Shown: positions 12,540-25,343, counted from the stretch's first letter. The stretch is 64,000 nt of DNA from Mobula hypostoma (GCF_963921235.1 NC_086109.1:2480001-2544000); one strand, 5' to 3'. Numbers and translations are program-made. Notes: generated from the sequence alone by a model not told the origin.

Positions 12540-13440
12540 CGTGAGCTCCAACCTGTGCTCGTTAGATTCTCTCAGTAAAAAGGGCCCTTCTCTTTTCCTT
12601 TTTCTTCATTAACCCTTTAGTCAAATTCAGAATTATAAAGCTAAATCGCTTAATTGTATATGGTACATGGCCTGTTATATCGTGGTACCGATTTAGAACA
12701 GGGGAACAAATCACGCAGCATCCACAGAAACAGAAGGTTTTGCACCTGAAATTTCACACGATTGGCGGGGCCAGAAATGGCCTTCTCTCGACTAACGCCG
12801 CGGACCGAACCGAACGGTTACAGGGAGTTATTGAGAGAGGGATAAAGGGGAATGCAAAGACAGGGAGGGGAGTTTAGTGAGAGAGGGGCGTAGAAGACGG
12901 AAGGGTTTACAGATACTGGGGTGTGTGAGGGAGGTGGGGTGTCACAGAGACGGGGAAATCTAGGAATAAATTGAGTCCATAAAGATGGAGAGGATTAAAG
13001 GGGAGGGAGGAAATCACAGAGATTGTGAAAGAGAGGATTACAGAGATTGGAATGGTCGGATGGAGGTCATTTAGACCAGGTGCTGTGAGTCCGCTAACGG
13101 GGTCGAACCCCAAGCGGGGCATTCGGCGAGGAGGGGAGATGGAGAAGGACTCGTTGTTGGTCCTAGGCGGCAGGTCGAGGTGGTCCGAGGGGTCGTAGGG
13201 TGAAGAAGAAGGGTCCTGAGCTCCAACTATTTTTGTGCACGAAGAGATTGAACGTTGATAATTGTGGCACCTTTTATTTTCCTTTTATATTTTATTCACT
13301 ATTAATTATATAGTTCCAGTAATATCTATAAACTGTAAATCATTTAATTGTATCTGGTGTATTGTCTGTTATTTGGGCGGGGTGGGGTACATCACACAGC
13401 ATCCACACAAACTAATTACACAGTTTGCCGGGCCGAGGGC
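12540..13440 (+). mobile_element. Two tandem partial LTR-like units
   Basis: GAGCTCCAAC (12543, 13218), an AT-rich tract and CAGCATCCACA...TT(G)GC(G/C)GGGGCC recur in both units. The same layout is seen at 52586-53276. Non-coding. Confidence 0.45.
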
Positions 13441-13789
13441 TGTTTCCCTCGATGACAGCGAGCCGAGCGACCCTGAGGCTGGCCGGGGGGTCTACAGGTT
13501 GTTGATTGGTCGCGGCACCAAAGCTTATGGGAAGAAGGCCGGGAAGTGGGGCTGAGGAAGGGAAAAAGGATCAGCCATGATTGAAAGGTGGATCTAATGG
13601 CCTAATTCTGCTACCATATCTTATAGTTGAGGCCAATGTATTCCAGAGGCGTCTCTGGGTTCCACACAGATTCGTAAGGGTGACCACAACATCTGGGACA
13701 GGGGGACGTGGTGGGAACAGTGGATGGATCAGCGGGGAAGATGGAGTCTGACATTCAGTTAGTCTACCTTCAACACAAACCCCCCATCC

Positions 13790-14160
13790 ATTTTTCCCAC
13801 ATTGTCCTTCTCTCCATCCCTACTCCTCCCTCCTATTCCCTCTACCGTCTGCCTTCTATGGACAAGCCAGTTCTGAATCCAAATGGCCTATTTGCCATGG
13901 ACCCCACGCATCCTAATCTTCTGGATGAGCCGCCCCTGATTGACCCTGTCAATCGCCACATATCCATAGTTCTTCCTTCACTAATCACCCTCGTCACCTC
14001 ACTAGAAAACCCAATCAGATTACAGAGACACGATTTGTCCCGTACAGAGACATACTGGCTACACCTCATCAGTCTATGGTTTTCCAAATTGTCATAAATC
14101 CTATCTATAAAAACCTTCTCTAGCAAGTTTCCTACCAGTATCATGAGTCAAGGATCTATT
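13790..14160 (-). mobile_element. Degenerate CR1 RT fragment
   Basis: ORF 13842-14144 (LVGNLLEKVFIDRIYDNLENH...DKSCLCNLIGF). Confidence 0.75.
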
Positions 14161-14664
14161 CTTTTCACATTTAGCTAATGTTTATCCATGGTTCTATTAT
14201 TGAATAATGGAGCAATATTAGCTACTCGCTAGTTCTCTGATTCCTCCACCATCTTGTACATGTTGATTTGTCATCTCCTATGGTGTCACCAAATCCAGAC
14301 GTCAACTGTGTGATTTGCTGAGAAGGCAATATAGTAGACAGAATTTAGTTGCCATAAAAGGGGTTCAATTTGTATCTGCCTTAATATGCTGAAATTCAGC
14401 CCAACTCTCTTGGTTGGGATGTGCCCCTTCCTTGAACCATTTATCAATCTTTTCCTGTTCAGGCAGTTGTTGAAAAAAAATCTGTATCCTTTAATACTCA
14501 GCAACTTTATTACCTCACTACTGTTTATGTATATTTATTTTACAATACTTATTTAATTTATTGAATATATAGTTCTTGTAATTGACAGTTTTTTTTCTTT
14601 TATTATTATGTATTACATTGTACTGCTGCTGCAAAGACAACAAATTTCATGACATATGCTAAAT

Positions 14665-14833
14665 TCAAGCAACACACATCAAAGTTGCTGGTGAACGCAG
14701 CAGGCCAGGGAGCATCTCTAGGAAGAAGTACAGTCGACGTTTCAGGCCGGGCATCTCCAGGAAGAAACGTCGTCTGTACCTCTTCCTAGAGATGCTGCCT
14801 GGCCTGCTGCTTTCACCAGCAACTTTGATGTGT
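14665..14833. repeat. Penelope-derived near-perfect palindrome inserted in a LINE 3' tail
   Basis: About 170 bp with inverted arms (CATCAAAGTTGCTGGTGAA...TTCACCAGCAACTTTGATG). It interrupts the tail CATATGC...AAACCTGATTCTGATTC. Confidence 0.8.
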
Positions 14834-15161
14834 GAAACCTGATTCTGATTCAGATTCATAGCTCCAATCTCCACATCCCTGGTCTTTATTGGGGCAAGTC
14901 GTAACATGGCAGTTAAACCTATATGATTAGTTGTTTTCATCCCAACCTGAGTCGCCAGGGCTCGCTGAGAGACAATGCTGTGTCCATCCAGTAACTGCAC
15001 GGAGTTTGGATGGTGGCGCCGTCTTGGAGGACTGTCCCATAGAGGGGTGTTTCCCAAGGAGCAGCGTCACTGGCAGCACCGCCACTAGAGGGCGCTGCTC
15101 GGTTTTCTGTTACTGCTTCACTCTATCTTGAATCGCCATCAAACGTACTTTAATTCAATTA

Positions 15162-16118
15162 TTCTCCGTAACTTCCGCCACCTCCAACGGGATCCCACCA
15201 CTAAGCACATCTTTCCCTCCCCCCCTCTCTCTGCATTCCGCAGGGATCGCTCCCTACACAACTCCCTTGTCCATTCGTCCCCCCCATCCCTCCCCACTGA
15301 TCTCCCTCCTGGCACTTATCCGTGTAAGCGGAACAAGTGCTACACATGCCCTTACACTTCCTCCCTTACCACCATTCAGGGCTCCAAACAGTCCTTCCAG
15401 GTGAGGCATCACTTCACCTGTGAGTCGACTGGGGTGATATACTGCGTCCGGTGCTCCCGATGTGGCCTTTTATATATTGGTGAGACCCGACGCAGACTGG
15501 GAGACCGCTTTGCTGAACATCTACGCTCTGTCCGCCAGAGAAAGCAGGATCTCCCAGTGGCCACACATTTTAATTCCACATCCCATTCCCATTCTGACAT
15601 GTCTATCCACGGCCTCCTCTACTGTAGAGATGAAGCCACACTCAGGTTGGAGGAACAACACCTTATATTCCGTCTGGGTAGCCTCCAACCTGATGGCATG
15701 AACATCAACTTCTCTAACTTCCGCTAGGCCCCACCTCCCCCTCGTACCCCATCTGTTACTCATTTTTATGCACACATTCTTTCTCTCACTCTCCTTTTTC
15801 TCCCTCTGTCCCTCTGAATATACCTCTTGCCCATCCTCTGGGTCACCCCCCCCCTTGTCTTTCTTCCCGGACCTCCTGTCCCATGATCCTCTCATATCCC
15901 TTTTGCCTATCACCTGTCCAGCTCTCGGCTCCATCCCTCCCCCTCCTGTCTTCTCCTATCATTTTGCATCTCCTCCTCCCCCTCCCACTTTCAAATCCCT
16001 TACTCACTCTTCCTTCAGTTAGTCCTGACGAAGGGTCTCGGCCTGAAACGTCGACTGCACCTCTTCCTATAGATGCTGCCTGGCCTGCTGCGTTCACCAG
16101 CAACTTTGATGTATGTTG
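15162..16118 (+). mobile_element. Penelope-like element, 5'-truncated (no RT), with an intact-looking GIY-YIG endonuclease ORF and 3' tail
   Basis: ORF 15128-15727: GVIYCVRCSRCGLLYIGETRRRLGDRFAEHLRSVR...HFN...LEEQHLIFRLG. 14-bp TSD CTTTAATTCAATTA at 15148-15161 and 16119-16132. Confidence 0.93.
16021..16056 (+). ncRNA. Minimal type I hammerhead ribozyme
   Basis: AGUC (stem I) - CUGACGA - AGG gucucgg CCU (stem II) - GAAA - C GUC, cleavage predicted after 16052 - GACU (stem I). Stem III has no loop, only the palindrome ACGU, as in the dimer-acting minimal hammerheads described for Penelope-like elements. Confidence 0.8.
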
Positions 16119-16157
16119 CTTTAATTCAATTAAACTTATTACATCGTTGTTTTAAAT

Positions 16158-16612
16158 GAGCCTTTATACTTCTGCGTCAACACGTCGCCCCAAACCCTAC
16201 GCGAAAGCCTGCGTTGATGGGACGCGCACCCAAAATGTAACCGCGCGTCGCGGCAACACAGACGGCAGCTGCTGTCTTTGGTCCGCTTGGTAGCATCGCA
16301 CGTCATCCTACGCTGCAATAGCTTCCCATTGTGCGACTGAAGGGCAGCGAAGGAACTCCGGCTGCAATGTTTTCCATAAAGCTTTACAGAGCTCCGAAAT
16401 TATGGAGGACACATTTCGCTTTTACGAAAAAAGCTCGCGTCTTGTCTATCTCGAGACTACCATGAAGCCTTGCGCGGGCAGGTGAGTGCGCATGCCTGCC
16501 GTGCGCGCATTGCCGAGCGACGCAGACACACCACCGCACAAGTATAAATGCTCAAAGCGCGCGTAGGCACTTGCGTAGGTTACGGCGTTGAGTTAACGCA
16601 GTTCACATCAGC
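16158..16612. mobile_element. Non-autonomous DNA transposon (MITE, Harbinger-like terminal motif)
   Basis: GAGCCTTTATACTTCTGCG (16158-16176) matches the reverse complement of CGCACAAGTATAAATGCTC (16535-16553) at 17/19. A second imperfect arm lies at 16575-16612. CpG-rich and non-coding. Superfamily assigned from memory of TTTATACTTCTGCG-type termini. Confidence 0.55.
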
Positions 16613-16615
16613 GAA

Positions 16616-17057
16616 CCAATCCGGCGTCTCCTTATCCGTCCTGTCAACGGCCTGACGAAGGGTCTCGGCCTGAAACGTCGACTGCACCTCTTGCTGGAGA
16701 TGCTGCCTGGCCTGCCGCATTCACCAGCAACTTTGATTTGGGCGGCATGTTGCGCTGCCTCCAGCCGACCCAATCAGGGAGTGCGGTATTCCAGCAGCCA
16801 ATCAGTAAACACGGCAGCCAGGCGACGGACAATCAGATGAGCGGTAATAACGGTGTTCAATTGGATTGTTCCTCTACCACATCAGCCAATCCTGGAGCGC
16901 TGGTCCATGGGCTGTCCAATCAGATCACAGAACGCCATGAGCTAACTTCCGCCGCCGCGCGTCTCAGAGCCACGATGGAGATGGGGAGCGAGAAGTTGAG
17001 GGCACCACAGGGACTGAAATGGGGGAAGGAAAGTGGAAGCAATGGAACAGGGTGAGA
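16616..17057 (+). promoter_or_regulatory. Candidate CpG-rich promoter with an NF-Y (CCAAT) box cluster, ETS site, Kozak ATG and splice donor
   Basis: CCAAT or near-CCAAT at 16616, 16770, 16798, 16829, 16860 (reverse), 16886 and 16916. ACTTCCG at 16945. GCCACGATGG with ATG at 16975. AGG|GTGAGA donor at 17052. Confidence 0.5.
16647..16741 (+). repeat. Short Penelope tail starting at a hammerhead motif with a weakened stem I
   Basis: CGGC-CTGACGA-AGG gtctcgg CCT-GAAACGTC-GACT, then the same tail as 16057-16110. The core is intact but the stem I 5' strand is CGGC instead of AGTC. Confidence 0.75.
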
Positions 17058-18119
17058 GAAGGAGGACGACACGCAAACGGGTGCTGCTGTGGGTCAATAT
17101 CTGTCCTCAGTCTCTCCTCCCCAACCCTGAAGTCACCCAGTAATCTCAGCCGCCTCTCAGGGGTGGGGTTGGGAGGCAGGGAGTGCCATATGGGTGTTGG
17201 TCAGTGAAAGGGTGGGATGTGAGGAGCTTCACAGAGCGTCAGAGTTCAGTGTTCAATTCCAGTGTCCTTCCCGTGGATCCCATCCATCTCCCTGTAATCC
17301 CCTCCGGCCCTGTACCCATCTTATCTCTTGGTCATACCCTATGGCCCCAACACCCATCACGTCTCTGTGAAACCCCTTCTGGCTCCTATACCCAACCATC
17401 TCTCTGTAAAAACCCCTACAGGCCTTCCACCCATCCATCTCTCTAACACCTTCTGGCCCCGCACCCATCCATATCTGATTAAACCTGCTGCAGCCCAACA
17501 GATTCCAACAATAGAATGGTCTGGGAAAATATTGTAGAAGAATTTATTATAAAGTAGACAATCTCAAGCAGTAAATATAAAGCAATTGTACAAGCTGGAA
17601 ATCTCTAGGAAAATCAGGAACTGCTGGAAGCCTGAGGCAAGTCAGGCAGCACCTGTGGAGAGAGACGTGTGTGACCTGAAACATTAACTCTCCACAGATC
17701 CTGGCCAAGCTATTAAATTTGACAGTGCACAGATAAAAAATGTGCCCTCTGCCCGATACCTCATTACCAGTCTCTCGGGCTGAAAGTCTGAGCGTGATTT
17801 CACTGGTGAAAACTTCACTGGTTCATGTTGGCAGGGAGCACACAATATTAACAATAAACCACTTGCAGTGTGTGGCCGTCCACAGCCCCAGAATCTTGGG
17901 AGAGGCTTCACAGGATCCTCCACAACATCCGACATCCTGGGTTTTGCACAGACTCCACCCTCGGCTCCAACCTCTGGGACTGTCCTCCAGGATGTCAATG
18001 GTTAATCAGGCAATGAGAATTGGAAGGGATGTCCCGGGAGGGGTTGTGGGATGGGGAACAGGAAGTTACAGTGTGGGGGCCGCAGTACATTGTGAAGCTC
18101 AGTGCGATTGATCAGCTGG

Positions 18120-19560
18120 GGATGACAAGTTTATCAAAGGGAAAACAGCTAACTGAAGGTGTTATATTTGAATACACGCTGCATGCAAAATAAGATAGGC
18201 GGTCTTGTAGCACAGTTAGAGATTGACAGGTATGATGTTGTGGGCATCACTGAGTCATAACTGAAAGAAAGTTATTGTTGGGAGCTTCACATCCATGGAC
18301 ACAGATTGTATTGAAATGACAGGCGGTTAGGCAGAGGGTGTAGCACAGCCCGTTGATAAAAAATAAATCATATCCTTGGAAAGAGATGACATAGGATTGG
18401 AAGATCATTGGATAATTAGAAGGAGACAAGAAGTATGAATACAGTGAACATTTTTGATTGGCTGCTGCTGGCAAATTGTGTTCCACAGGTAGCGATATTG
18501 GGACTTATTCTTTTCACGTTGTATATCAATGATTTGGATGATGGAACTGATGGCTTTGTGGGCAAGTTTGTGGATGATATGAAGGTAGTTAGAGGGGCAG
18601 ATAGTGTTGCAGAGGCAGAGGGGCTGCAGAAAGATGGACAGATGAGGAGACCGGGCAAAGAAGTGCCAGATGGAACATCGTGTCGGGAACTAAATGGTCA
18701 TGCACTTTGGGAGGAGGAATAAAATGGTAGACTATTTTCTAAACGGGGAGAAAATTCATAAATGCAAAGTGCAAAGGGAATACAACCACAAACAAGAGTA
18801 ACTCTGCAGATGCTGGAGATCCAAGCAACTCATCTATGGAAACGAGTACAATTGATGTTTCAGGCCAAAACCCTAGAGAAATGTGATTCCTTGTGCAGGA
18901 TTCTCTAAAGGTTAACTTGCAGTTTAAGTTTGTGGTGAGGAAGGCATCTGCAATGTTAACATTGATTTTAAGAGAACTAGAATATAAAAACAAGGATGTA
19001 AAGCTGAGGCTGGTTTGCCTCATTTCCAGTATCGTCAACAGTTGGAGGCACTTTTCTATGAAAAGATGTACTGACATTGGAGAGGGTTCAGAGGAGGTTC
19101 AGAAAATGTTTCTGGACTTGAGAGTCTTATCATATGAGCAGCATTCGATAGCTCTGGAACAGTACTCACTGAAATTTAGAAGAATGAAGGAGGACCTCAT
19201 TCTAACCTATTGAATGTTGAAAGTACTAGATAGACTGGATGCGATGTTTCTGATTGTGGGAGTGTACAGGACTAGAGGTCACAATGTCAGAATAGAGAGA
19301 TGTCTATTTGAAAAGGAGATGAGGAGGTATTTCTTTAGCCAGAGGGTGTTGCATCTGTGGAATTTGTTACCACTGGTGGCTTTGGAGGCCAGATCATTGA
19401 GTGTATTTAAGGCTGAGGTTGGTGAATTCTTGATAAGTCAGGGCATGGAAGATTATGTGGAGAAGGCAGAAGAATGGGATTGAGAGGGAAATGGACCAGC
19501 CTTGATCAAACAGCCTTGAGCTGACTCGATGGGCTGAATGGCCTGATTCTGTACCAATGT
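18120..19560 (+). mobile_element. Degenerate CR1 (endonuclease start, then RT end and 3' tail), interrupted by a Penelope tail at about 18790-18875
   Basis: ORFs 18435-18722 (VPQVAILGLILFTLYINDLDDG...KFVDD), 18893-19213 and 19214-19483. Confidence 0.8.
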
Positions 19561-20619
19561 CTTGTGATCTTATGGACTTTACCCAGGTGGGTTAGGGGAC
19601 GAGAAAAAAGGTGAGAACATGAACGGAGCATTCTGTGATGACAGAGTGTGGGGACTACCTGGAGATGTGTGGGGATGCTGGGGAATGATGTTGACACAGG
19701 GCTTTGGGTGGGGACACAGGAGAGGATACTGAGAGAGGGCAAGAAAGTTGTAAATTCTGAGCATAAGAGTCAGGAGGAAAGGTGGGCAGGGTTAGATCTG
19801 AGCAGCAGGGAGGAAAGGGAGGGAGAGACAGGCAGACAAGTTATGGACACGGGCCTCTGTGCAGTAGAGAGGATCCCAGATCCGGGAGTGGGGTTATCAC
19901 CAGTCACTGCAGAACGCACAGTATATAAAGCAATTTGGAATTGTTGAACAAAGGCAGGGGTTCCAGGAGAGGGGAGGACCACCCCCTACACACACCCTCT
20001 GTGCTTGTGGGGCCAGGAGGGGCTGGCCATCATTTCCCAGTGATTGGGTTTGGAGAGGTGCTCGCTGTCCCGATGGAGGGGGTATCTGTGAGCTGGGTTC
20101 TATTCCGAGGCATTGGTTGCAGCCTTCTTCTCATGATTCTTCAAAGCCTGGCCCTCCCCTTGGCCTGTGGGATAGAGAGCAGAGTTCAGGGCTTCCAGTC
20201 GTGATACTGATACCTGGCCTTCCCTCCACAGAATCTCCCAATAACCCTCAATCTAAGATATGTTCATCTGGTCCCTACACATCCTCTGCAATGTCACCTC
20301 CACTGTCACAAATCACAACACCCTGACTCCCTTCCTCATTTTCATCTGCACTGACCAGTAACCAGTCATGAGGGGTACAGAGTGCTCCAGTAACCACATG
20401 TGTGGGGACAGTGTAACCCAGTGACTGGCTGCATGGGACAGAGACTGGGTAGGGAGGGAGACAGTGTATCCCAGAGACTGGGTGTGTGGGGAATATTTAC
20501 CACATTGACTGTGTGAATGATGGGTTTAGCAACAGTTATAAACCCAAATCTGGGTGATAAGGAACAGGAAATGGGGTGTCCAAGATCGAGTAGTGTGGTC
20601 AGTGCAATTTATTGCAGAT

Positions 20620-21870
20620 CCGTAAGACCATAAAATATAGGAGGAAATTTAAGACATTTAGCCCTTTGAGCCTGTTCCATCATTTAAATATTGTTGGTTC
20701 CTTATGCAGCCACATTCTCCTGCCTTTTCTCTGTAACTCTGAACTACTCTACCAATTGAAAACCTTTCAATCTCATCCTTAAATTCCAGATTCCTGGCCT
20801 CTGGCTGAAAAAATTCCTTCTCACCGCAGTTCCAAAAGCACATTTCTTTATTCCGAGTCTGTGCCCTTGTGTCCTGGACTCTCCCACTGACATAAACATC
20901 CTCTGCACCTTCATGTCATCCAGGCATTTCAGTATCTGTTATGATTTAGTGAATCCTTTCCATCACCCTTCTGAAGTCCATCCTTTTCAGGCCCAAAGCT
21001 GCCAAACACTCATACCTGAAGACTTCCACTCCTGCAATTATTCTTGGGAACGTTATCTGGACCCTCTCCAGAGGCAGCACATATTTCCTTAGATACAGTA
21101 CCCAAATTGTTCACAATATTCCATACGGGGTCTAAGCAACTCCTTATAAAGCCTCAGCAGTTCGTTCTTGCTATTATATCCACACCCTTTCCAAACTAAA
21201 TACTAACAATGTATTTCCCTTCTTTAATACTGACTCAACGTGAATTGTCTGTCCATTTCATTCCAGGCTACAATTTTATTCTTCCTATCAGAGTGCACAA
21301 ACTCTCATTTTCCAAAAAATTGTCTTCCATCTGCCACTTCTTTGCCCATTCTCCCAGCCTCTCCAAGTCCTGCAGCAGACTCGACTCTGTGCCTCTGTGA
21401 CACCAACTGTACCTCCAGCTATCTTGATCCTGATATATCCACAATGCCATCTGCTCCTTCATCGAGACCATTCATGTGTAATGTGAAAAGGTGCCGTCCC
21501 AGCCCAGAACCCTTTGATACTCCATTGGTCTGTGGCAGGTGTTCGAAAATGAGCATTTATATCCCCACTCTCTCTAACCTAGCCAGTCAGACAATCTTCT
21601 ATCCATGCTTGTACCTTACCAACGATGCCATGGGCTCTTATCTTGTTTAATAGCCTCGTGAGTGGAACCTTGTCAAATGCCTTGTGAAAGTACTTGTAAA
21701 TTGCTGGAGCTTACTCTCCTTTCTCTAGCTGGCCTTTTACCTTCTCAAAGAATTAGAACAAAATTGTGCAAACTTCACCCGATTTTATCACCTATTTCCA
21801 AGTATCCTGAAATTTCGTCTTTTATAATAGATTTTAAAACCTTACCAATTGCCAGGGTCAAGCTAACCAT
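20620..21870 (-). mobile_element. Degenerate CR1 RT and 3' region
   Basis: RT remnants (ORF 21268-21471: LERLGEWAKKWQME) and a CR1-type 3' tail near 20625-20700. Confidence 0.7.
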
Positions 21871-21879
21871 CTACTAGGG

Positions 21880-24570
21880 TTCAGGTGTAATTCACCCCTT
21901 TGCACAGGTCATCCTTCCCCAGATGAGATCCCAATGATCCAGAAATCTGAAGAGGTGATGATAGGAGGTACAATGAGATGGTAACCCCCAAGTTGCAGGA
22001 GGCAGGTCACTGGGTGACTGTCAGAAGACAGGGAAATGTGCAGCCAGTACAAAGTACCCCTGTGGCCATGCCCCTCAATAATGATATCACAAGACAAGAC
22101 AAAGGAGCAGAAGTAGGCCATTCGGCCCATCGAGTCTGCTCCACAGCTCCCTCATGAGCTAAAATATTCACCCATCTAGTTCCAATTTCCAGCTTTTTCC
22201 CCATATCCCTTGATACCCTGACTGATTAGATACCTGTCAATCTCCTCCTTAAACACCCTCAATGATCGGGCCTCCACAGCCATATGTGGCAATGAATTTC
22301 ACAAATCCACGACCCTCTGGCTAAAAAAATTTCTCCTCATCTCTGTTTTAACTGGATACCCTTTAATTCTAAGACTATGGCCTCTTGTCCTGGACCCACC
22401 CACCAAGGGAAACAACCTTTTCACATCTACTCTGTCCAACCCTTTCAACATTTGAAACATTTCTATGAGATCCCCTCTCATTCTTCTATACTCTAATGAA
22501 TACAATCCAAGAGCTGACAGACGCTCCTCATATGTTAGCCCCTGCATTCCAGGAATCATCCTCGTAAATCTTCTCTGAACTCTCTCCAACATCAGTATAT
22601 CCTTTCTAAGATAGGGGGCCCAAAACTGCACACAGTATTCCAAATGAGGTCTCATTAATGCCCCATAGAGCCTCATCAACACCTCCTTACTCTTATACAC
22701 TATTCCTCTTGAAATGAATGCCAACATAGCATTTGCTTTCCTTACCGCCAATCCAACTTGGGGGTTAACCTTTTAGGGTATCCTGCACGAGGACCCCCAA
22801 GTCCCTTTGCACTTCCCATTTTTGAATTTTCTCCCCATCTAAATAATAATTTGCCCGGTTTTTCTTCTTCTGAAATGTACAACCGTACATTTGTCAACGT
22901 TGTATCTCATCTGCCATTTCTTTGCCCACTCTCCTAAACTGACTAAGTCTCTCTGCAACCTTTCCGTTTCTTCAACATTTCCTGCTCCTCCACCTATCTT
23001 GGTGTCATCCGCAAACTTGGCCACAAAACCATTTAATCCATAATCCAAATCATCGATATACATCGTAAAAAGAAGCGGCCCCAACACCGACCCCTGCGGA
23101 ACACCACTAGTAACCGGCAACCAATCAGAATAGGATCCCTTTATTCCCACCCTTTGCTTTCTGCCTATCAGCCAATGCTGCACCCATTTCAATATCTTTC
23201 CTATAATTCCGTGGGCTCTCATCTTATTAAGCAGCCTCATATGCGGCACCTTATCGAAGGCCTTTTGAAAATCCAAATACACAACATCCACAGCCTCTCC
23301 CTTGTCAATCTTATTCGAAATTACCTCAAAAAATTCCAGTAAGTTGGTAAGGCAGGATCTTCCCTTCATGAAACCATGCTGGCTTCGGCCTATCTTGTCA
23401 TGCACCTCGAGGTATTTCATAACCTCGTCCTTGAGGATTGACTCCAATATCTTTCCAACCACCGATGTCAGACTAATAGGTCTGTAATTTTCTTTTTGCT
23501 GCCTCCTTCCTTTCTTAAATAGCGGAACTACATTTGCGACCTTCCAGTCCTCCGGAACCATGCCAGAGTCTATTGATTTCTGGAAGATCATTTCCAATGC
23601 TTCCACAATCTCCAAAGCCACCTCCTTCAGAACCCTTGGGTGCACCTCATCCGGGCCGGGAGACTTATCTATTCTTAGTCCACTTAGCTTCCCAAGCACT
23701 TTCTCTCTAGTTATCCTGACTGTACCTAATTCTATTCCCTGATACCTCTGGCTATCAGGTATATTGCTCATGTCTTCCACTGTGAAGACTGATGCAAAAT
23801 ACTCATTCAGTTCCTCCGCCATCTCTTTGTTATACATTATAATTCTCCAGCATCATTTTCAATCGGTCCCATATCTACCCTTGTCACTCTTTTACTCTTC
23901 ATATATTTAAAAAAACTCTTAGTATCCTTTTTTATGTTAATCGCCAACTTCCTTTCATAATTCATCTTTTCTTTCCTAATGACTTTCTTAGTTTCTTTCT
24001 GTAAGTTTTTAAAGGTCTTCCAGTCCTCATTTTTCCCACTAATTTTTGCTTCCTTGTACACTGTTTCTTTTGCTTTTATTTTTGCCTTGATGATGATACC
24101 TTGTTGGATGCTGTTGAGGGGGATGACCTACCAGAGTGGGGGGAAGGGGTGGCAGGGGAGGTGCCACCATGACCAGGTCTCTAGACTCTGGAGTTACGGC
24201 CCAGAAGGGAATGGACGAGAAGACTGCTGTAGTGATCGGGGATTCCAAAGTTAAAGAAGTACAGAAGGTTTTCTGTGGACGTAATTGACACCCAGATGAT
24301 ATGTTGCCTCCCAGTTGCCATGGTGAGAGACATGTCAGATCGAGTCCATGGCATTCTAAAGGGAGGGGGTCAGCATCCAGAAGTCTTGGTACAAAATAGG
24401 ATCATTGGGCAGAGAACTGTGCACCTGAGAAATGGTGCAGGGGGCAGGGGATCAGATTTCTGGATCAAAAGGATCTCTGCTGGGGAATCTATGACCTGTT
24501 CAAAAGGGACGGGTTGCACATGAATCCAAGGAGGACCAATATCCTTGCAGGCAGTTCGCTAGAGATGTTG
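21880..24570 (+). mobile_element. CR1 ORF1 region (SGNH esterase remnant), split by the insertion at 22087-24092
   Basis: CCCCTCAATAAT|GATACCTTGTTGGATGCTGTTGAGGGGGATGAC rejoins across the insertion. Esterase motifs VVIGDS (about 24230) and DGLH (about 24505). Confidence 0.75.
22087..24092 (-). mobile_element. Relatively young 5'-truncated CR1 (2.0 kb)
   Basis: ORFs 23837-24061, 22839-23837 (332 aa RT with VPQGSVLGP, FADDTK) and 22299-22751. (TTGTC)n tail at about 22090. 6-bp TSD ATGATA at 22081-22086 and 24093-24098. Confidence 0.93.
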
Positions 24571-25343
24571 AAATTTTCTTTTACATTTTTGGATAATTTA
24601 CCCTTGTATTTCATTTTTTTTGCCTTTTTGTTTTCACAATTGTTCTCCACTAGGTCTTAAAAGCTTCCTGCTAAACTTCGCCATATTGTATGCCTCCTTT
24701 GCTTTGCTTCTATGTTGCACCTGAATCCTTGTCCTCTCGATAGAGTGAGGGTCCAACCCCACTGGGACTGTGGAACAAGAACAGAAGTTCCACCGGGATG
24801 GAAACCCACTTCCAATGTCCTCACTCTGCATTGGGTCTGGGCTCCATTACCCAATAACTGGGTCTGTGGAGAGGTACTAGATGTCCAGGTGAAGGGGGTG
24901 GCTTGTGTTGCAGTCTTCCTCAGTGGATACATGTGAGCTGGGGACTCCCTCCTGGGATGCTGGCATCTGTGTCTCTTTCAAGGGAGTCTGTGCTTGGTGT
25001 CTCCCTCAGGGGGGGATACCAGAACCCAGACTGATCCACTGTTCAGCCCTGATGTCCCCACCGAGTCGATGGGACAGAGTGCAGTGGCCAACTCCTTTCC
25101 CCCAACTCCTCTCCACAGCCCGCTACCCAGTTCAACTCCTCCTCCCAAACCTCACACTCTTGCCCCAGCCTGAACCTTATTCCTGAGGTGGGACCCCATG
25201 TCCTCAGGGTCGGAATGGGAGACACTTGCCTGCAGACCCAACCCCTCCTGCTGCTGTTCCTGGCCAGAGTTTTCGATACTGGATTATTTTTTGGGGGTGG
25301 GGGAGACACCTATCATCAGATGTACCAGATTTCTTTCCCTTAC

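Noticed and set aside
15128-15727. Free-standing host GIY-YIG nuclease gene
   Set aside because: It is 5'-truncated, bounded by a 14-bp TSD and followed by the Penelope tail, with a second degenerate copy at 11388-11816.
17684-17998. Cytoplasmic signalling exon (VPEVGAEGGVCAKP...)
   Set aside because: It has no convincing acceptor and no tyrosine motif, so it cannot be supported.
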